Below are positions 37,963 to 49,400 of a DNA stretch of 64,000 bases, in pieces. This DNA is from Terriglobia bacterium (GTDB lineage: Bacteria; Acidobacteriota; Terriglobia; 20CM-2-55-15). The notes below the pieces were generated by a model that saw nothing but the letters and a program-made list of their open reading frames with translations, was not told where the DNA came from and did no database searches. The position numbers and the translations under genes were made by a program. Location: contig CBDAOY010000005.1 in assembly GCA_965198225.1 (NCBI GenBank), positions 640,001 through 704,000 of the forward strand, given 5' to 3'. How positions within the stretch are numbered: position 1 is the stretch's first letter; every line of letters starts with the position of its first letter.

Positions 37963-40394
37963 ATGGGTTCTTTTATTCAAGACCTACGTTACGGAGTGCG
38001 AACGCTGGTGAAGAGTCCGGGTTTCACGTTCGTGGCTATCCTGACGCTTGCGTTGGGGATTGGAGCGAACACTGCGATCTTCAGCGTGGTCAACGGTGTG
38101 CTGCTGCAGCCGTTGCCGTATGAGAGCGAAGATCGGATCGTCAACCTGCGGCAACCCGCACCGTTGATCGAAGTCCAGAACGCGGGTTTCTCGCCGCTCG
38201 AAATCGAGGACTACCGGGAGCAGAGCCGGCTGTTGGAGACCGTAGTCGAGTATCACTCGATGCCCTTTAATCTGGTCGGGCGCGAGGAGCCGCAGCGTGT
38301 CCAGACCGGCGTCGTCTCGTGGGACTTCTTCGACCTGCTGGGTGTAGGTCCCCTGCTGGGTCGCATGTTCCGGGCGGACGACGAGACGCACGAGGCCGAC
38401 GCGGTCCTGCTTCTGAGCTTCGACTACTGGCAGAGCAGTTTTGGCGGTGATCCGAACATCGTGGGCGAAGAATTCGAGATGAACGACCGTGTGCACACCG
38501 TCATCGGAGTGCTGCCGTCGATACCGCAATACCCCAACGAGAACGACGTCTACATGCCCGTCACGGCGTGCCCGTTCCGGAACGGCGAGGGATGGAGAAC
38601 GACTCGCACCACCCGGGGGCTGACTGTCTTCGGAAAACTCAGGGAGAACGAGAGTCTCGCGGGGCTTGAAGGCGACCTCTCGACCGTGGCCGGACGGCTG
38701 CACACCGAGTATCCGGAAGCTTACCCTGAGACGCGGGGCTTCCAGACCCTGGCCATACCGCTGAAGGAGCAACTGACCCGACAGGCCCGGCCGACGTTGT
38801 GGATCCTGCTGGGTACGTCTCTGGCTCTGCTTCTCATCGTGTGCACGAACCTGGTGAACCTTACTCTTGCGCGACACGTGGGTCGCGTGCAGGAGATGTC
38901 GATCCGGACGGCGCTTGGAGCCGGAAGAGGGCGGCTCGCGCGACAGTTGGTGACCGAGGGAACTATCCTGGCGCTGATCGGAGGCGCGGCCGGCCTCGTT
39001 GTCGCCGCCCTGACGCTGGACGTGCTCAAGGCCTTCGCTTCCCGTTTCACCACGCGTGCGGCCGAGGTTGCCATCGACCCGACGGTCTTGTTGTTCACGC
39101 TCGGGGTCGCACTCTCGACCGGGTTGGTTCTTGGCGTCCTGCCGGCTCTTCGATCCCGGACCAACATCACGACCGAAATCAAGGCCGGGAACGCCCCGTC
39201 GTCGGTCGGAGGTCATCAGTCGCTACGGAAGATCCTGGTCGTTTCCCAGGTGGCGATTTCGTTCATGCTCCTGATCGGCGCGGGGCTTATGATCCGAAGC
39301 TTCATCGAACTCCAGGCGGTCGATCCCGGATTCAACCCCGAGAACGTATTGACGGCGAGGATCGATCTCAACTGGTCGAAATACAACACCTCCGAGAGCC
39401 GTCTTTCGTTCGTGGAGGCACTGCAGCCGAAACTCGAGGCGCACCCGGGCGTGATGTCGGTCGCGTTCTCAAACTCCTACCCGCTCAATGGCGGCACCCC
39501 CTTCACGCAGGGGTTCGAGATCGAAGACCAGGTCGTCGACGAAGGCCAGCCCTTGCCGCGCACCGTTATGACGTCGGCCAGTCCCGAGTACTTCCAGACT
39601 GTCGGAACCCGCCTTCTTCAGGGTCGGACCTTCGACGTGTTCGATCGGGAGGAATCGTCCCGGGTGGTCGTCGTCACGCGTTCCTTCGCCCGAAAGTACT
39701 GGTCCGAGGGCGAGGCGATAGGGAGGCGCATCCGGCCCCAGGGTGGGAATCAGGACTGGCTGGAGATTGTCGGCGTCGTCGACGACGTCAAGCAGTACAG
39801 CCTCGACCAGCAAGAGTCGGACATGGTATTCGCTCCTTTTTCGATCTTTCCCTTCCGGGATATGCGCGTGATGATTCGGAGCCGTGGCAACAGGGCGGCG
39901 CTCGCTTTGCAGGTGCGCGAGGCGGTCCGCGAGATCGATCCCGCCCAGCCGCTCGCCGAGATCCAGACGCTGGCCGAAGTTCGGAGTGAGTCGCTGGCAT
40001 CGCCGCGGCTGACGATGACGCTAATGGCAATGTTTGCCGGTCTTGCGCTGGCGATCACCGCAACGGGAATCGGGGGCGTGATGGCGTTTAGTGTCAGCCA
40101 GCGAACTAGCGAAATCGGCCTCCGGATGGCGCTTGGCGCGCCTCGCAGCAGCGTCCTGTCGATGGTCCTCGGCCAGGGCATGAAGCTCGTTCTGATCGGA
40201 CTCGGCATCGGTGTCGTTGGAGCGCTCGCCCTGGGCGGTCTGATGCGGGACTGTTGTTCGGGATTGACGCTACTGACTCCTGGACCTTTACAGGTGTCTT
40301 GCTCGCCCTGGCCGGTGTAGCAGCGCTGGCGTGTCTGCTGCCGGCCCGTCGGGCAGTCTCGATCAGTCCGATGACCGCCTTACGGGTGAATTAA
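37963..40394 (+). CDS. ADOP-type permease; frameshift near 40248
   Basis: Full ADOP motifs; canonical tail [25 protein letters not shown] lies in a shifted frame ending 40394. Confidence 0.88.
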
Positions 40395-40645
40395 GTCAGC
40401 GAGATAGTCCCCCCGATTTTTGCCGGTTGGGAGCGGGCTCCTGTGGTTCCATCCTTGGCACCGTGTTCATGAAGTGACCCCGCCCGATCCATGTGTTAAT
40501 TCTTGTAAAGTGTTGGTATCGTAACCTTCTGCGCTCCGCTGTCGTACTCGACTATAGGCATCAAGAGGGTCCTGAGGTTCCGCTCCACGGAGGTCCCGAT
40601 TCGGCTGCCATAGGTTCGAAAGCGTAGGAGAGGCATTGAGAGGTC

Positions 40646-42403
40646 ATGAAAATTAAGGTTGGTATTGCGGTCGTTGGGCTCGCCGTCGTGATCGGGCTCG
40701 TTTCCTTCAGCGTGTTCGGCGGCGATTCTGAAGAGCTTGAGTTCTTCACCACGGAGGTCACCCGCGGAACGATTCAGAACACCGTTTCGGCAACCGGAAC
40801 GGTCGAAGCGGTGGTGACAGTTCAGGTCGGAAGCCAGGTGTCCGGTCAGATCCAGACGCTCTATGCCGATTTCAATACAATCGTGAGTGCCGGTCAGCTG
40901 TTGGCGAAGCTGGACCCACGTACCTTCGAGTCGACGCTGGAGAACTCCAGGGCCAGCCTGGTGTCCGCCCGCGCCCGCGTGAAGACGTCTGAAGCCGATT
41001 TGACGAACAGTCACGCGAGCCTGGACAGTTCTCATGCCAATCTTCGCGGAGAGCAGGTCGACGCCGAGAAGGCCCAAATCCTGTTCCGACGGTCCGAGGA
41101 AATGAAAGCCGAGGATCTCGTCTCGCAGACCGATTACGACAACGCCCGAGCGACAGCGGAGTCTGCGGTTGCGCGGGTCGAACAGGCCGAGGCCACAATC
41201 AAGCAGGGCGAGGCCCAGATCATTTCCCGGGAAGCGGGACTCGAACAATCTCGAGCACAGGTGATTCAGGCCGAAGCCGACGTCAATCGTGCCGAGATCA
41301 ACCTCGAATACACCAACATCTACTCGCCCGTCGATGGCGTCGTGATTTCCAGGGAGGTCGATGTCGGCCAGACAGTCGCGGCCAGTATGTCCGCCCCGAC
41401 GCTTTTCATGATTGCGAACGACCTGGCCCTGATGCGCGTCAACGCCAGTATCGACGAGGCCGACATCGGTAAGCTTTCCCAGTCCAACCAGGTCGGTTTC
41501 ACGGTCGACGCCTATCCCGGAGAGCGTTTCCGGGGTTTCATCGAAGAAATCCGCCTCAACCCCCAGACTTCGCAGAACGTCGTCACCTACAGCGTCATCA
41601 TCGGAGTCGACAACCGGGACCTGAAGTTGAAGCCGGGCATGACGGCCAACATCACCGTGACGGTGGATCGGAAGGACAACGTCCTGAGCATTCCAAACTC
41701 GGCGCTCCGGTACATTCCCCCCGACGTCGATCCTCAGGAAGTACGTGCTTTGGCACGGGGTGTCGAGGGCGGCGGTCGCAGAGGTGGTGGGGCGATGGCC
41801 CTCCCCTCCACGGATGAGCGTCCGGATGCACCGGCCGAAACAGCCCAGAGACGCCGCGGTGGCCACACGCCGGGCGAAGACGGGGAGCAGGCGCAAGCCC
41901 TCCGGCAGCGTGAAGGACAGGCTGGCGAAGAGAGTGCTCGTCGCGGGCGTAGAGGCCAGGGCCAGCGGGCTGGGAGGGAAGGCGGCTTCGGGGGCGGAGG
42001 CCGCCGGGGTGGTCGCGACCGGGGAACGGGTTTCCCGAGTCCCGGCAACACGGGTGGCGCTCAGTTTACCGGCGGCGACTCCCGCGCAGCGGCACCTGGA
42101 CAGATGTGGGACACGGGTCAGAAGATCCAGTTCCAGGACGCGCCACCGATGGCTCCCCGCCCGGGACTGGTCTGGGTGATGGATGCCGAAGGCGTTCCCG
42201 AAGCGCGCACCGTCACGCTCGGCATCACCGACGGCGCTCGATCGGAGCTTTTGGTGTCGGACCTCCAGGAAGGAGATCAGCTCATCATCGGGGATTCGTC
42301 CCAGGGTGCCGACGTGCAGACCCAGCAAGGATTTAATCCGTTCGCTTTCGGAGGCCGCAGCTTTGGCGGCGGCCGTGGCGGTGGCCGGGGAGGGCGCCGG
42401 TGA
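40646..42403 (+). CDS. MacA-like efflux periplasmic adaptor with Gly/Arg-rich insertion
   Basis: ATGTVE..VQVGSQVSGQI, IYSPVDGVVISR.VDVGQTVAAS, LKPGMTAN. Confidence 0.92.
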   Translation: MKIKVGIAVVGLAVVIGLVSFSVFGGDSEELEFFTTEVTRGTIQNTVSATGTVEAVVTVQVGSQVSGQIQTLYADFNTIVSAGQLLAKLDPRTFESTLENSRASLVSARARVKTSEADLTNSHASLDSSHANLRGEQVDAEKAQILFRRSEEMKAEDLVSQTDYDNARATAESAVARVEQAEATIKQGEAQIISREAGLEQSRAQVIQAEADVNRAEINLEYTNIYSPVDGVVISREVDVGQTVAASMSAPTLFMIANDLALMRVNASIDEADIGKLSQSNQVGFTVDAYPGERFRGFIEEIRLNPQTSQNVVTYSVIIGVDNRDLKLKPGMTANITVTVDRKDNVLSIPNSALRYIPPDVDPQEVRALARGVEGGGRRGGGAMALPSTDERPDAPAETAQRRRGGHTPGEDGEQAQALRQREGQAGEESARRGRRGQGQRAGREGGFGGGGRRGGRDRGTGFPSPGNTGGAQFTGGDSRAAAPGQMWDTGQKIQFQDAPPMAPRPGLVWVMDAEGVPEARTVTLGITDGARSELLVSDLQEGDQLIIGDSSQGADVQTQQGFNPFAFGGRSFGGGRGGGRGGRR

Positions 42404-43215
42404 TCCAGGCGACGTCCCAACAGAGTGTCGAGCGTGAGCGGTCGATGGGCCCCTCGGAAGAGCACCCGGTTATCGTTCTGGACCATGTTCGCAAGGTCTA
42501 CCACATGGGCGACATCGATGTTCACGCCCTCCGTGGCGTGTCGCTGACGGTCGAGCATGGGGAATACGTCGCCATCATGGGGCCATCGGGCTCTGGCAAG
42601 TCGACGATGATGAACATCATCGGATGTCTCGACCACGCGACCAAAGGGGCGTATCTGATCGACGGCCTGGACGTTTCGAAGGCTTCAAAGGCCGAACTGG
42701 CCGACATCCGGAACCAGAACGTCGGTTTCGTGTTCCAGAGTTTCAATCTGGTTTCGCGAACCTCGGCCCTCGAGAACGTCGAACTCCCCCTCATCTATGC
42801 CGGTGTGACGGCCAGGGAACGAACCGAAAGGGCGCGGGAGGCGCTCGCCATCGTGAACCTGTCCGACAAAGAGCGCAACCTGCCGAACCAGCTTTCGGGT
42901 GGCCAGCAGCAGCGGGTTGCGATCGCTCGGGCTCTGGTGAACGATCCGGCGATCATTCTGGCGGATGAGCCGACCGGCGCATTGGACACGCGAACGTCGG
43001 TGGAATTGATGGGCGTGTTCCAGAAGCTGAACGAAGAACGGAACATGACGATCATCGTGGTGACGCACGAGCAGGACATCGCCGAATACGCAAAACGCGT
43101 CCTCTTGTTCCGGGACGGGCGTATAAAGAAGGACTACGCGGTCGAGGACAGGCGTAACGCTGAAGAGGCGCTCGCGACTCTGCCCGAAGAAGAGGAAGAG
43201 GAGGAAGAAGAATGA
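42400..43215 (+). CDS. ABC ATP-binding subunit (MacB-type NBD) with poly-Glu tail
   Basis: GPSGSGKST, LSGGQQQRVAIARALVNDP, ADEPTGALD. Confidence 0.93.
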   Translation: MIQATSQQSVERERSMGPSEEHPVIVLDHVRKVYHMGDIDVHALRGVSLTVEHGEYVAIMGPSGSGKSTMMNIIGCLDHATKGAYLIDGLDVSKASKAELADIRNQNVGFVFQSFNLVSRTSALENVELPLIYAGVTARERTERAREALAIVNLSDKERNLPNQLSGGQQQRVAIARALVNDPAIILADEPTGALDTRTSVELMGVFQKLNEERNMTIIVVTHEQDIAEYAKRVLLFRDGRIKKDYAVEDRRNAEEALATLPEEEEEEEEE

Positions 43216-44438
43216 GGGGTATGGCGATACTGAGGATCGCGTTCTGGGCGCTCGGACGGAACAAGATGCGGTCTGCCCTCACCATGCTGGGTATCATCAT
43301 CGGTGTGTCCGCCGTGATCGCGATGGTGTCGATCGGTCAGGGAGCCCAGGCGATGGTCCAGGATCAGATGGAAGCGATGGGCACCAACATCATGTATGTC
43401 TTCCCCAGCGGCCGCCGGGGCTTTCATGGGGCCCGCATGGGGGCCGACGAGGGCAGCCAGTTGACCGTCGAAGACGTGAACGCGATCGAGAACGAGGTTC
43501 CCGTCGTGGCGGGCGCCACGCCGATCGTCCGCGCCAGCGGTCAGATCGTCTTCGGAAACCAGAACTGGTCGGCTTCGGTCCAGGGCACGAGCGAGAAATT
43601 CCCCGAGATCCGGGAATGGCCCGTAGCCGACGGTGAGTTCTTCACCGAGAACGACGTCCGATCGGCCGCGCGCGTTGTCGTCATCGGCAACACCGTCGCC
43701 GAGAACCTGTTTGCCGGGGTCAGCCCGATCGGTCAGACCGTCCGCATCCGGAACCTGCCGTTCCGCGTCGTCGGTGTGCTCACCGTCCGGGGCCAGTCCG
43801 GGATGGGACAGGACCAGGACGACACGGTTCTGATGCCCTACACCGCCGCGCAGAAGAAGCTGCTCGGACAGTCGATTCCGCGGATCAACCAGGTGATGCT
43901 TCGGGCGGTCACGCCCAACGCGACCACGGTCGCCGAGAAGATGATCACCGACCTGCTCCGGCAAAGACACAACATCATCCCACCGAAGGAAGACGATTTC
44001 CGTGTGCGAAACCTGAGCGACGTCGCGGAAACCGCCGAGCAGACAGGCCTGATCATGACGCTGCTTCTGGCAAGCATAGCGGCCGTTTCGCTGATCGTCG
44101 GAGGGATCGGCATCATGAACATCATGCTGGTGTCGGTCACGGAGCGGACCCGTGAGATCGGCATCCGGATGGCGGTAGGCTCCCGACCCGGATACATCCG
44201 TCTCCAGTTCCTCTCCGAGTCGATCATCCTCAGCATGGCCGGTGGTATTATCGGAGTGGTGATCGGAGGGGGCACCTCCTACGGTGTCGGGCAATACCTC
44301 CAGTGGCCGACGCTGGTTTCACCGGCTGCGGTCATTCTCTCCGTCGGCTTTGCCGCCGCTGTCGGCGTTTTCTTCGGATACTATCCGGCCCACAAAGCGG
44401 CCGGGTTGGATCCCATCGACGCCTTACGCTACGAGTAG
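43212..44438 (+). CDS. MacB-type ABC permease
   Basis: RSALTMLGIIIGV; GGIGIMNIMLVSVTERTREIGIRMAVG; GLDPIDALRYE. Confidence 0.94.
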   Translation: MRGMAILRIAFWALGRNKMRSALTMLGIIIGVSAVIAMVSIGQGAQAMVQDQMEAMGTNIMYVFPSGRRGFHGARMGADEGSQLTVEDVNAIENEVPVVAGATPIVRASGQIVFGNQNWSASVQGTSEKFPEIREWPVADGEFFTENDVRSAARVVVIGNTVAENLFAGVSPIGQTVRIRNLPFRVVGVLTVRGQSGMGQDQDDTVLMPYTAAQKKLLGQSIPRINQVMLRAVTPNATTVAEKMITDLLRQRHNIIPPKEDDFRVRNLSDVAETAEQTGLIMTLLLASIAAVSLIVGGIGIMNIMLVSVTERTREIGIRMAVGSRPGYIRLQFLSESIILSMAGGIIGVVIGGGTSYGVGQYLQWPTLVSPAAVILSVGFAAAVGVFFGYYPAHKAAGLDPIDALRYE

Positions 44439-44485
44439 ACGCCAGCAGAGACCGGTGTCCGGATTGCAAATTGCGGTATTGAAAC

Positions 44486-44590
44486 AATCCGCATTGCACG
44501 TTGCTCATTAGAAATTGCTTCATTTCAGATTTTTCTGCTCGAACGATCACCAATTGAGCAATTTCCAATCTCGAACCTGCAATGCGGATT
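44486..44590. repeat. AT-rich long imperfect inverted repeat
   Basis: AATCCGCATTGCA/TGCAATGCGGATT outer arms; GAAATTGCT/AGCAATTTC inner arms. Confidence 0.65.
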
Positions 44591-44700
44591 TGTCCATTAG
44601 TCGATTTGCGATAGATCGGTTTCATCCCTGACACGGAAAAGATCGGCCTCAGCGAAGACCCGAAGCTCCGAGGGCGCCACTCCCGAAGGACCTTGCGGGG

Positions 44701-44868
44701 ATGCCGCTCTTCAGGAAGCTGAACCTGCTTTCCAGGTTGTTGGAGGCCTTGCGGCCGAAGCTGAACCGGGTTGTCCAGTCGAAGGACATCGTCGATGTCG
44801 CGCTTCTCAAGGAAGTCCACAGCGAGTTTCGAGCAGTGCAGGAAATCATTCGGACCCTCCAGCGCTAG
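44701..44868 (+). CDS. Possible small helical protein (55 aa)
   Basis: MPLFRKLNLLSRLLEALRPKLNRVVQSKDIVDVALLKEVHSEFRAVQEIIRTLQR*; GC3-rich codons. Confidence 0.4.
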   Translation: MPLFRKLNLLSRLLEALRPKLNRVVQSKDIVDVALLKEVHSEFRAVQEIIRTLQR

Positions 44869-44886
44869 CAATACTTTCCAAACGGA

Positions 44887-44959
44887 GGTGTAGGTGCGGT
44901 CTATGACCGCACTCTCTTCGAACACCGAAACACGTGCGTTCATAGAGCGCACCTACACC
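44887..44959. repeat. GTAG-type REP doublet
   Basis: GTAGGTGCGGTCTATGACCGCAC..GTGCGTTCATAGAGCGCACCTAC. Confidence 0.85.
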
Positions 44960-44992
44960 CGATGGGAGAATTGAGTAGAGCCCACTCGGGCC

Positions 44993-45619
44993 TCAGTACG
45001 TGATCAGCGGCGTCTGCCTCAAACAGGTAGGAGACCGAAGTTGTTCGAGGATGAAGTGGGCGCTGTCCGCCCTGGAGATCCGGCCGGCCTTCACGCCGGC
45101 CAGATCCGTCAGGACTCGATACTGACCCGTGAACTCGCCGTTCGTCAGGAAACCAGGGCGGACGATGATCCAGTCTCGTGAACAATCTCTAATAATCTGT
45201 TCCTGCCGTTCCTTGTCTTCGTAGATTCGCTGGAGCAGGAGCGGGAACAGGAGCCGGTCATAAAGAAACCCGCCGTGGCCGCGGCTGTCTCCGGCGCCGA
45301 TACCTGAAACGGAGATCAGTTGCCGTACGCCATGCTGCTCCATCGCCCGAATAACGTTCCGAATTCCGTCAGAAAAGACCCGGGTGGGTTGACGGGTGGG
45401 TTTGATTCCGACCGCGACGCAGACCGCTTCCTGGCCGGCGGTCGCTTCGGAGACCGATTTCCCGTCCAGGATGTCGCCCTGCCGGACCTTTAGATGTTCG
45501 TCTTCGATCGAGCTTCCCGGCCGCCGCACCATCGCCGTGACCGTGTGACCTCCTTCGAGCGCCTGCTGTACCAATTGCAGGCCTATGCCGCGGCTGGCTC
45601 CGATGATGAGGATCTTCAC
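44993..45619 (-). CDS. NAD(P)H-binding atypical SDR (flavin reductase/BVR-B-like)
   Basis: IIGASRGIG, DWIIVRPG.L, ISRAD.A. Confidence 0.9.
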   Translation of the reverse strand: MKILIIGASRGIGLQLVQQALEGGHTVTAMVRRPGSSIEDEHLKVRQGDILDGKSVSEATAGQEAVCVAVGIKPTRQPTRVFSDGIRNVIRAMEQHGVRQLISVSGIGAGDSRGHGGFLYDRLLFPLLLQRIYEDKERQEQIIRDCSRDWIIVRPGFLTNGEFTGQYRVLTDLAGVKAGRISRADSAHFILEQLRSPTCLRQTPLITY

Positions 45620-45699
45620 CGCGGTATCTTGCCATGGCTCCCCGGGACGGACAACCGACCAACCCTGCTGCCCTGATTCCTCTTTTCGAGTCGGCGTTT

Positions 45700-46368
45700 A
45701 TGGCGTACGTTCAGAAGATGTTCGCCGAACCTCCATCGAGCCGCCTGGATCTCCGCTTTCGTCTTCTTGGAATCCCCGTACGCGTCCACCCCATGTTCTG
45801 GTTGATCGCCTTACTACTGGGGTGGCGCCTGCCTGTTGCCGAGCAGGTTCTCTGGGTCGTCGTCGTGGTCTTCTCGATCCTCGTTCACGAGATGGGCCAC
45901 GCGTTTTCGGCGCGCGCTCTCGGGTGGCGGACCCATGTCGTCCTCCACAGCCTCGGCGGCTTGACGATTTTCGACGAGAAGCGTCCGATGCGTCTCGGAT
46001 GGCCGCAGGCGTTCATCGCCTTCTGCGGACCGTTCGCCGGGTTCATCCTAGCGGGAGTGGTGTACACGTTCATGCCGCTGCTGGTCGACACGCGAAGCGG
46101 AGTACTGGGAGCGCTCTATTTCCACCTTCTCTGGGTGAACATCGTTTGGGGCCTCGTGAACCTGCTGCCGGTGTGGCCGCTGGATGGAGGCCAAATGGTT
46201 CGCTCGCTCATGGTCGAGTTTGCCGGCGATCGCGGTTTCTCGATCTCTTCGATTCTGTCCTTCGTCTCAGCCGGTGGTGCGGCTTTTGCGGCGTGGCAGT
46301 TCAATCAACCTTACATCGCCGTATTCTTCGCCTATTTTGCGCTGGTTGAATGGGAGACTTCGCTCTGA
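45700..46368 (+). CDS. Site-2 protease (M50) family; start uncertain (45700 or 45718)
   Basis: HEMGH and NLLPVWPLDGG motifs. Confidence 0.9.
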   Translation: MAYVQKMFAEPPSSRLDLRFRLLGIPVRVHPMFWLIALLLGWRLPVAEQVLWVVVVVFSILVHEMGHAFSARALGWRTHVVLHSLGGLTIFDEKRPMRLGWPQAFIAFCGPFAGFILAGVVYTFMPLLVDTRSGVLGALYFHLLWVNIVWGLVNLLPVWPLDGGQMVRSLMVEFAGDRGFSISSILSFVSAGGAAFAAWQFNQPYIAVFFAYFALVEWETSL

Positions 46369-46483
46369 CGGGGAACCCGGACCGGACATCCATCGTAGTT
46401 ACGATGAGGGCGCGCTGAGGTGCTGATACAATACGGCAATCAAAGCATCACTCGACGGATAGCCGAAAGCGTGGGAGAGCGCC

Positions 46484-49400
46484 GTGATCGGTGAGACAGT
46501 CGCACATTACAAGATTCTCGGACAGCTCGGGACCGGCGGCATGGGCGTCGTCTATCGCGCCGAAGACACGAAACTGCACCGTACGGTCGCGCTGAAGTTC
46601 CTCCCACCCGACATCGCAGCCGACGAGCGGGCCGTCGAACGCTTCAAGCGCGAGGCACGCGCCGCGGCCGCCCTGAACCACCCGAACATCTGCACGATCC
46701 ACGAGATCGGAGAACACGACGGCCAACCCTTCATCGTGATGGAGCTGCTCGAAGGGCGGACGCTGAAGGAACGGCTCGAAGCCGGATCGCTCAGTGTCGA
46801 TGACCTCCTCGAAATGGGTACGCAGATCGCCGACGCGCTGGACGCGGCCCATCAGAAGGGGATGGTCCACCGGGACATCAAGCCGGCCAACATCTTCCTG
46901 ACCCACGCAGGCAGCGTCAAGGTACTGGATTTCGGTCTCGTCAAGACAGTCGCGGGACCGGCGGAGGCGTCGACGCTGGACGAACGGGCGACCGTAGACG
47001 ACATGGAGTTGACGCGTGCCGGTTCGGCGGTCGGTACGGTTGCCTACATGTCTCCGGAACAGGTCCGGGGTGAGGAGTTGGACGCCCGTTCGGATCTATT
47101 TTCGTTCGGCCTCGTTCTATACGAGATGGCGACAGGTCGGCAGCCGTTCAGCGGCAGCACTTCCGGTGTGGTCTTCGAGGCCATCCTCAACCGGGCGCCG
47201 ACGGCTCCGGCTCACCTCAATCCGGATGTTCCGCCTCAGCTCGAAGCGATCATCAACAAGGCCCTGGAGAAGAGGGCGGACCTCCGTTACCAGCATGCCT
47301 CCGACATCCGGTCCGACATCAAGCGGCTGAGACGGGACACCGATTCCGGGCTCTCGTCGGCGACGACCAGCGTTCCGGCATATCCTTCCGGTGCGCGGTC
47401 GGGGAGTAAGGTCGCGATGGGCATCGTCGCCGTGGCCGTCGTGTTGCTGGCGGTGATATTCATCGTGGCTTTCCAGTTGGGCGGAGGGTCAGCTCTGGAG
47501 GAGAGCGATCTGATCCTGCTGACGGATTTCGAGAACACCACCGGAGAACCTGTTTTCGACGATACGCTCAAGCAGGCCCTGGCCGTGAAGCTCGCTGAGT
47601 CCCCGTTCCTAAACGTCGTCGCCGACCAACGTGTCCGGGAAACGCTGCGGTTCATGGATCGTTCCCCCGACGAAAGGGTTACGCCCGACATCGGCCGCGA
47701 GATCTGCGAGCGGGAGGGCATCAAGGCGATGATGACCGGGCAGATCGTCCCGCTCGGCAGCAGCTTCGTCATCACGCTGACAGCGCTGAACTGCGCCACC
47801 GGTGAGACGATCGCGGCAGAGCAGGTGCAGGCCGAAAGCGCGGAACAGGTTCTGTCCGTCCTGGGGCAGGCGGCCGTGAACATCCGCGGCCAGCTGGGCG
47901 AGTCCCTGCCCATGATCGAGTCGTTCAACACCCCGATCGAGGCGACGACGTCCTCACTCGACGCACTGAAGGCGTTCTCCCTGGCCGAGGCCCAGCGCGC
48001 GATGGGACGGGATCAGGAGTCGGCTCCGTTCTACCGTCGGGCGCTCGAATTCGACCCCGAGTTTGCTGTTGCCTACGCCCGGCTCGGGACCGTGCTGAAC
48101 AACATGGACGATCATGAGGCCGCGATCGAGAATTACAGAAAAGCCTTCGAACTTCGCGAGAGAGCCAGCGAAAGGGAGCGCTTCTACCTGACAGCGCACT
48201 ACCACGCGACTGTGGAGGGAGACACGGACAAGGCGATCGAGACATACAACCTCTGGAGGGAGACTTATCCACGGGACTCTACCCCGCCCACGAATCTTGC
48301 GAACATCTACAGCCGGAGGCGTCAGTGGGAGCAGGTGGTTGAATGGGCCCGGATCAGCCTCGAGCTGGAAGCTCACCCGATCCCTTACGGCCAGCTCGTC
48401 AACGCGTACCAGAACCTGGGTAAAGGGGACGAGGCGCTGGAGACCCTCGAGGAATGGATGGAGGAGTTTCCCGAGGATGGCACTCCGCATTCACGGATGG
48501 CCCAGTACCGAGTCCAACGCGGGCAGTTCGAGGAGGCTCTCGAAACCGCCGAGATCGCTTACCGCAACGAAAGAACCTCGGAGCATCTCGAACCCCTGGT
48601 TGAGGCGAACCTCGGGTTGAACCGCGTGTCGGAGGCGAGATCGCTGGCCGAGCAGGCCGTCGAGGACAATCCGGAGAATGTCCGCTGGCGGCTTTGGGTG
48701 TACGGGATGGCGGAAATACACGGGGACCGGGAGGTCGCCGACGCGCAGGTGGAGTGGGCGCGCGGTAAACCAACCGAACACCTGATGATCGGCATGCGCG
48801 CGACGATCGTGGGTATGCTCGGCCGGGTTGAGGAAGCAACGGCACTGTACGAGCAGGCGCTGGCGGTTCCGGTGGAGCAGGGCCGGGTGTTCGTGTTGAC
48901 CGACGTTGCCGGAGTCTACCTGATGGCGGGCTACAAGGATCGTGCGAGGGAAGCCACTCGCGAGGCCCTGGCGGAAAATGCCGCGGCATCCAAGTTAGCT
49001 GTGGCTGGGCTCCTGGCTCTACTCGGTGAAAACGACGAGGCGGAAGCTCTGGTCCAGGAGATCGCGGAGGGCAGTCCTTCCGATGAAGTCCTGAACGAGG
49101 CTACGCTTCCTGCAATCGAGGCGCTCATCGCCGTCAATCGCGACGAGCCGGATCGAGCGCTGGAACTGCTCGAAGACGAGCATGAATTCGAACGCGCCGA
49201 GCTTCCGGTGCCCTATGTCCGAGGCCTGGCCTACGCTCGAGCCGATCGTCCGGACGAGGCGCTCGCCGAGTTTCGGAAGATCCTGGACAACCCCGGAGCC
49301 GCGTATCTGTCTGTTGGGAACGGGATGATCAACATGATGGCGTCGATAGAAACGGCGCGATTGCTGGCGCGCGAAGGCAGGAACGCGGAAGCTGCCGCAA

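Noticed and set aside
40496-42328. Long antisense ORFs (also 7141..8625, 13183..14907, 29151..30854)
   Set aside because: Shadow ORFs opposite well-supported genes, as expected at high GC.
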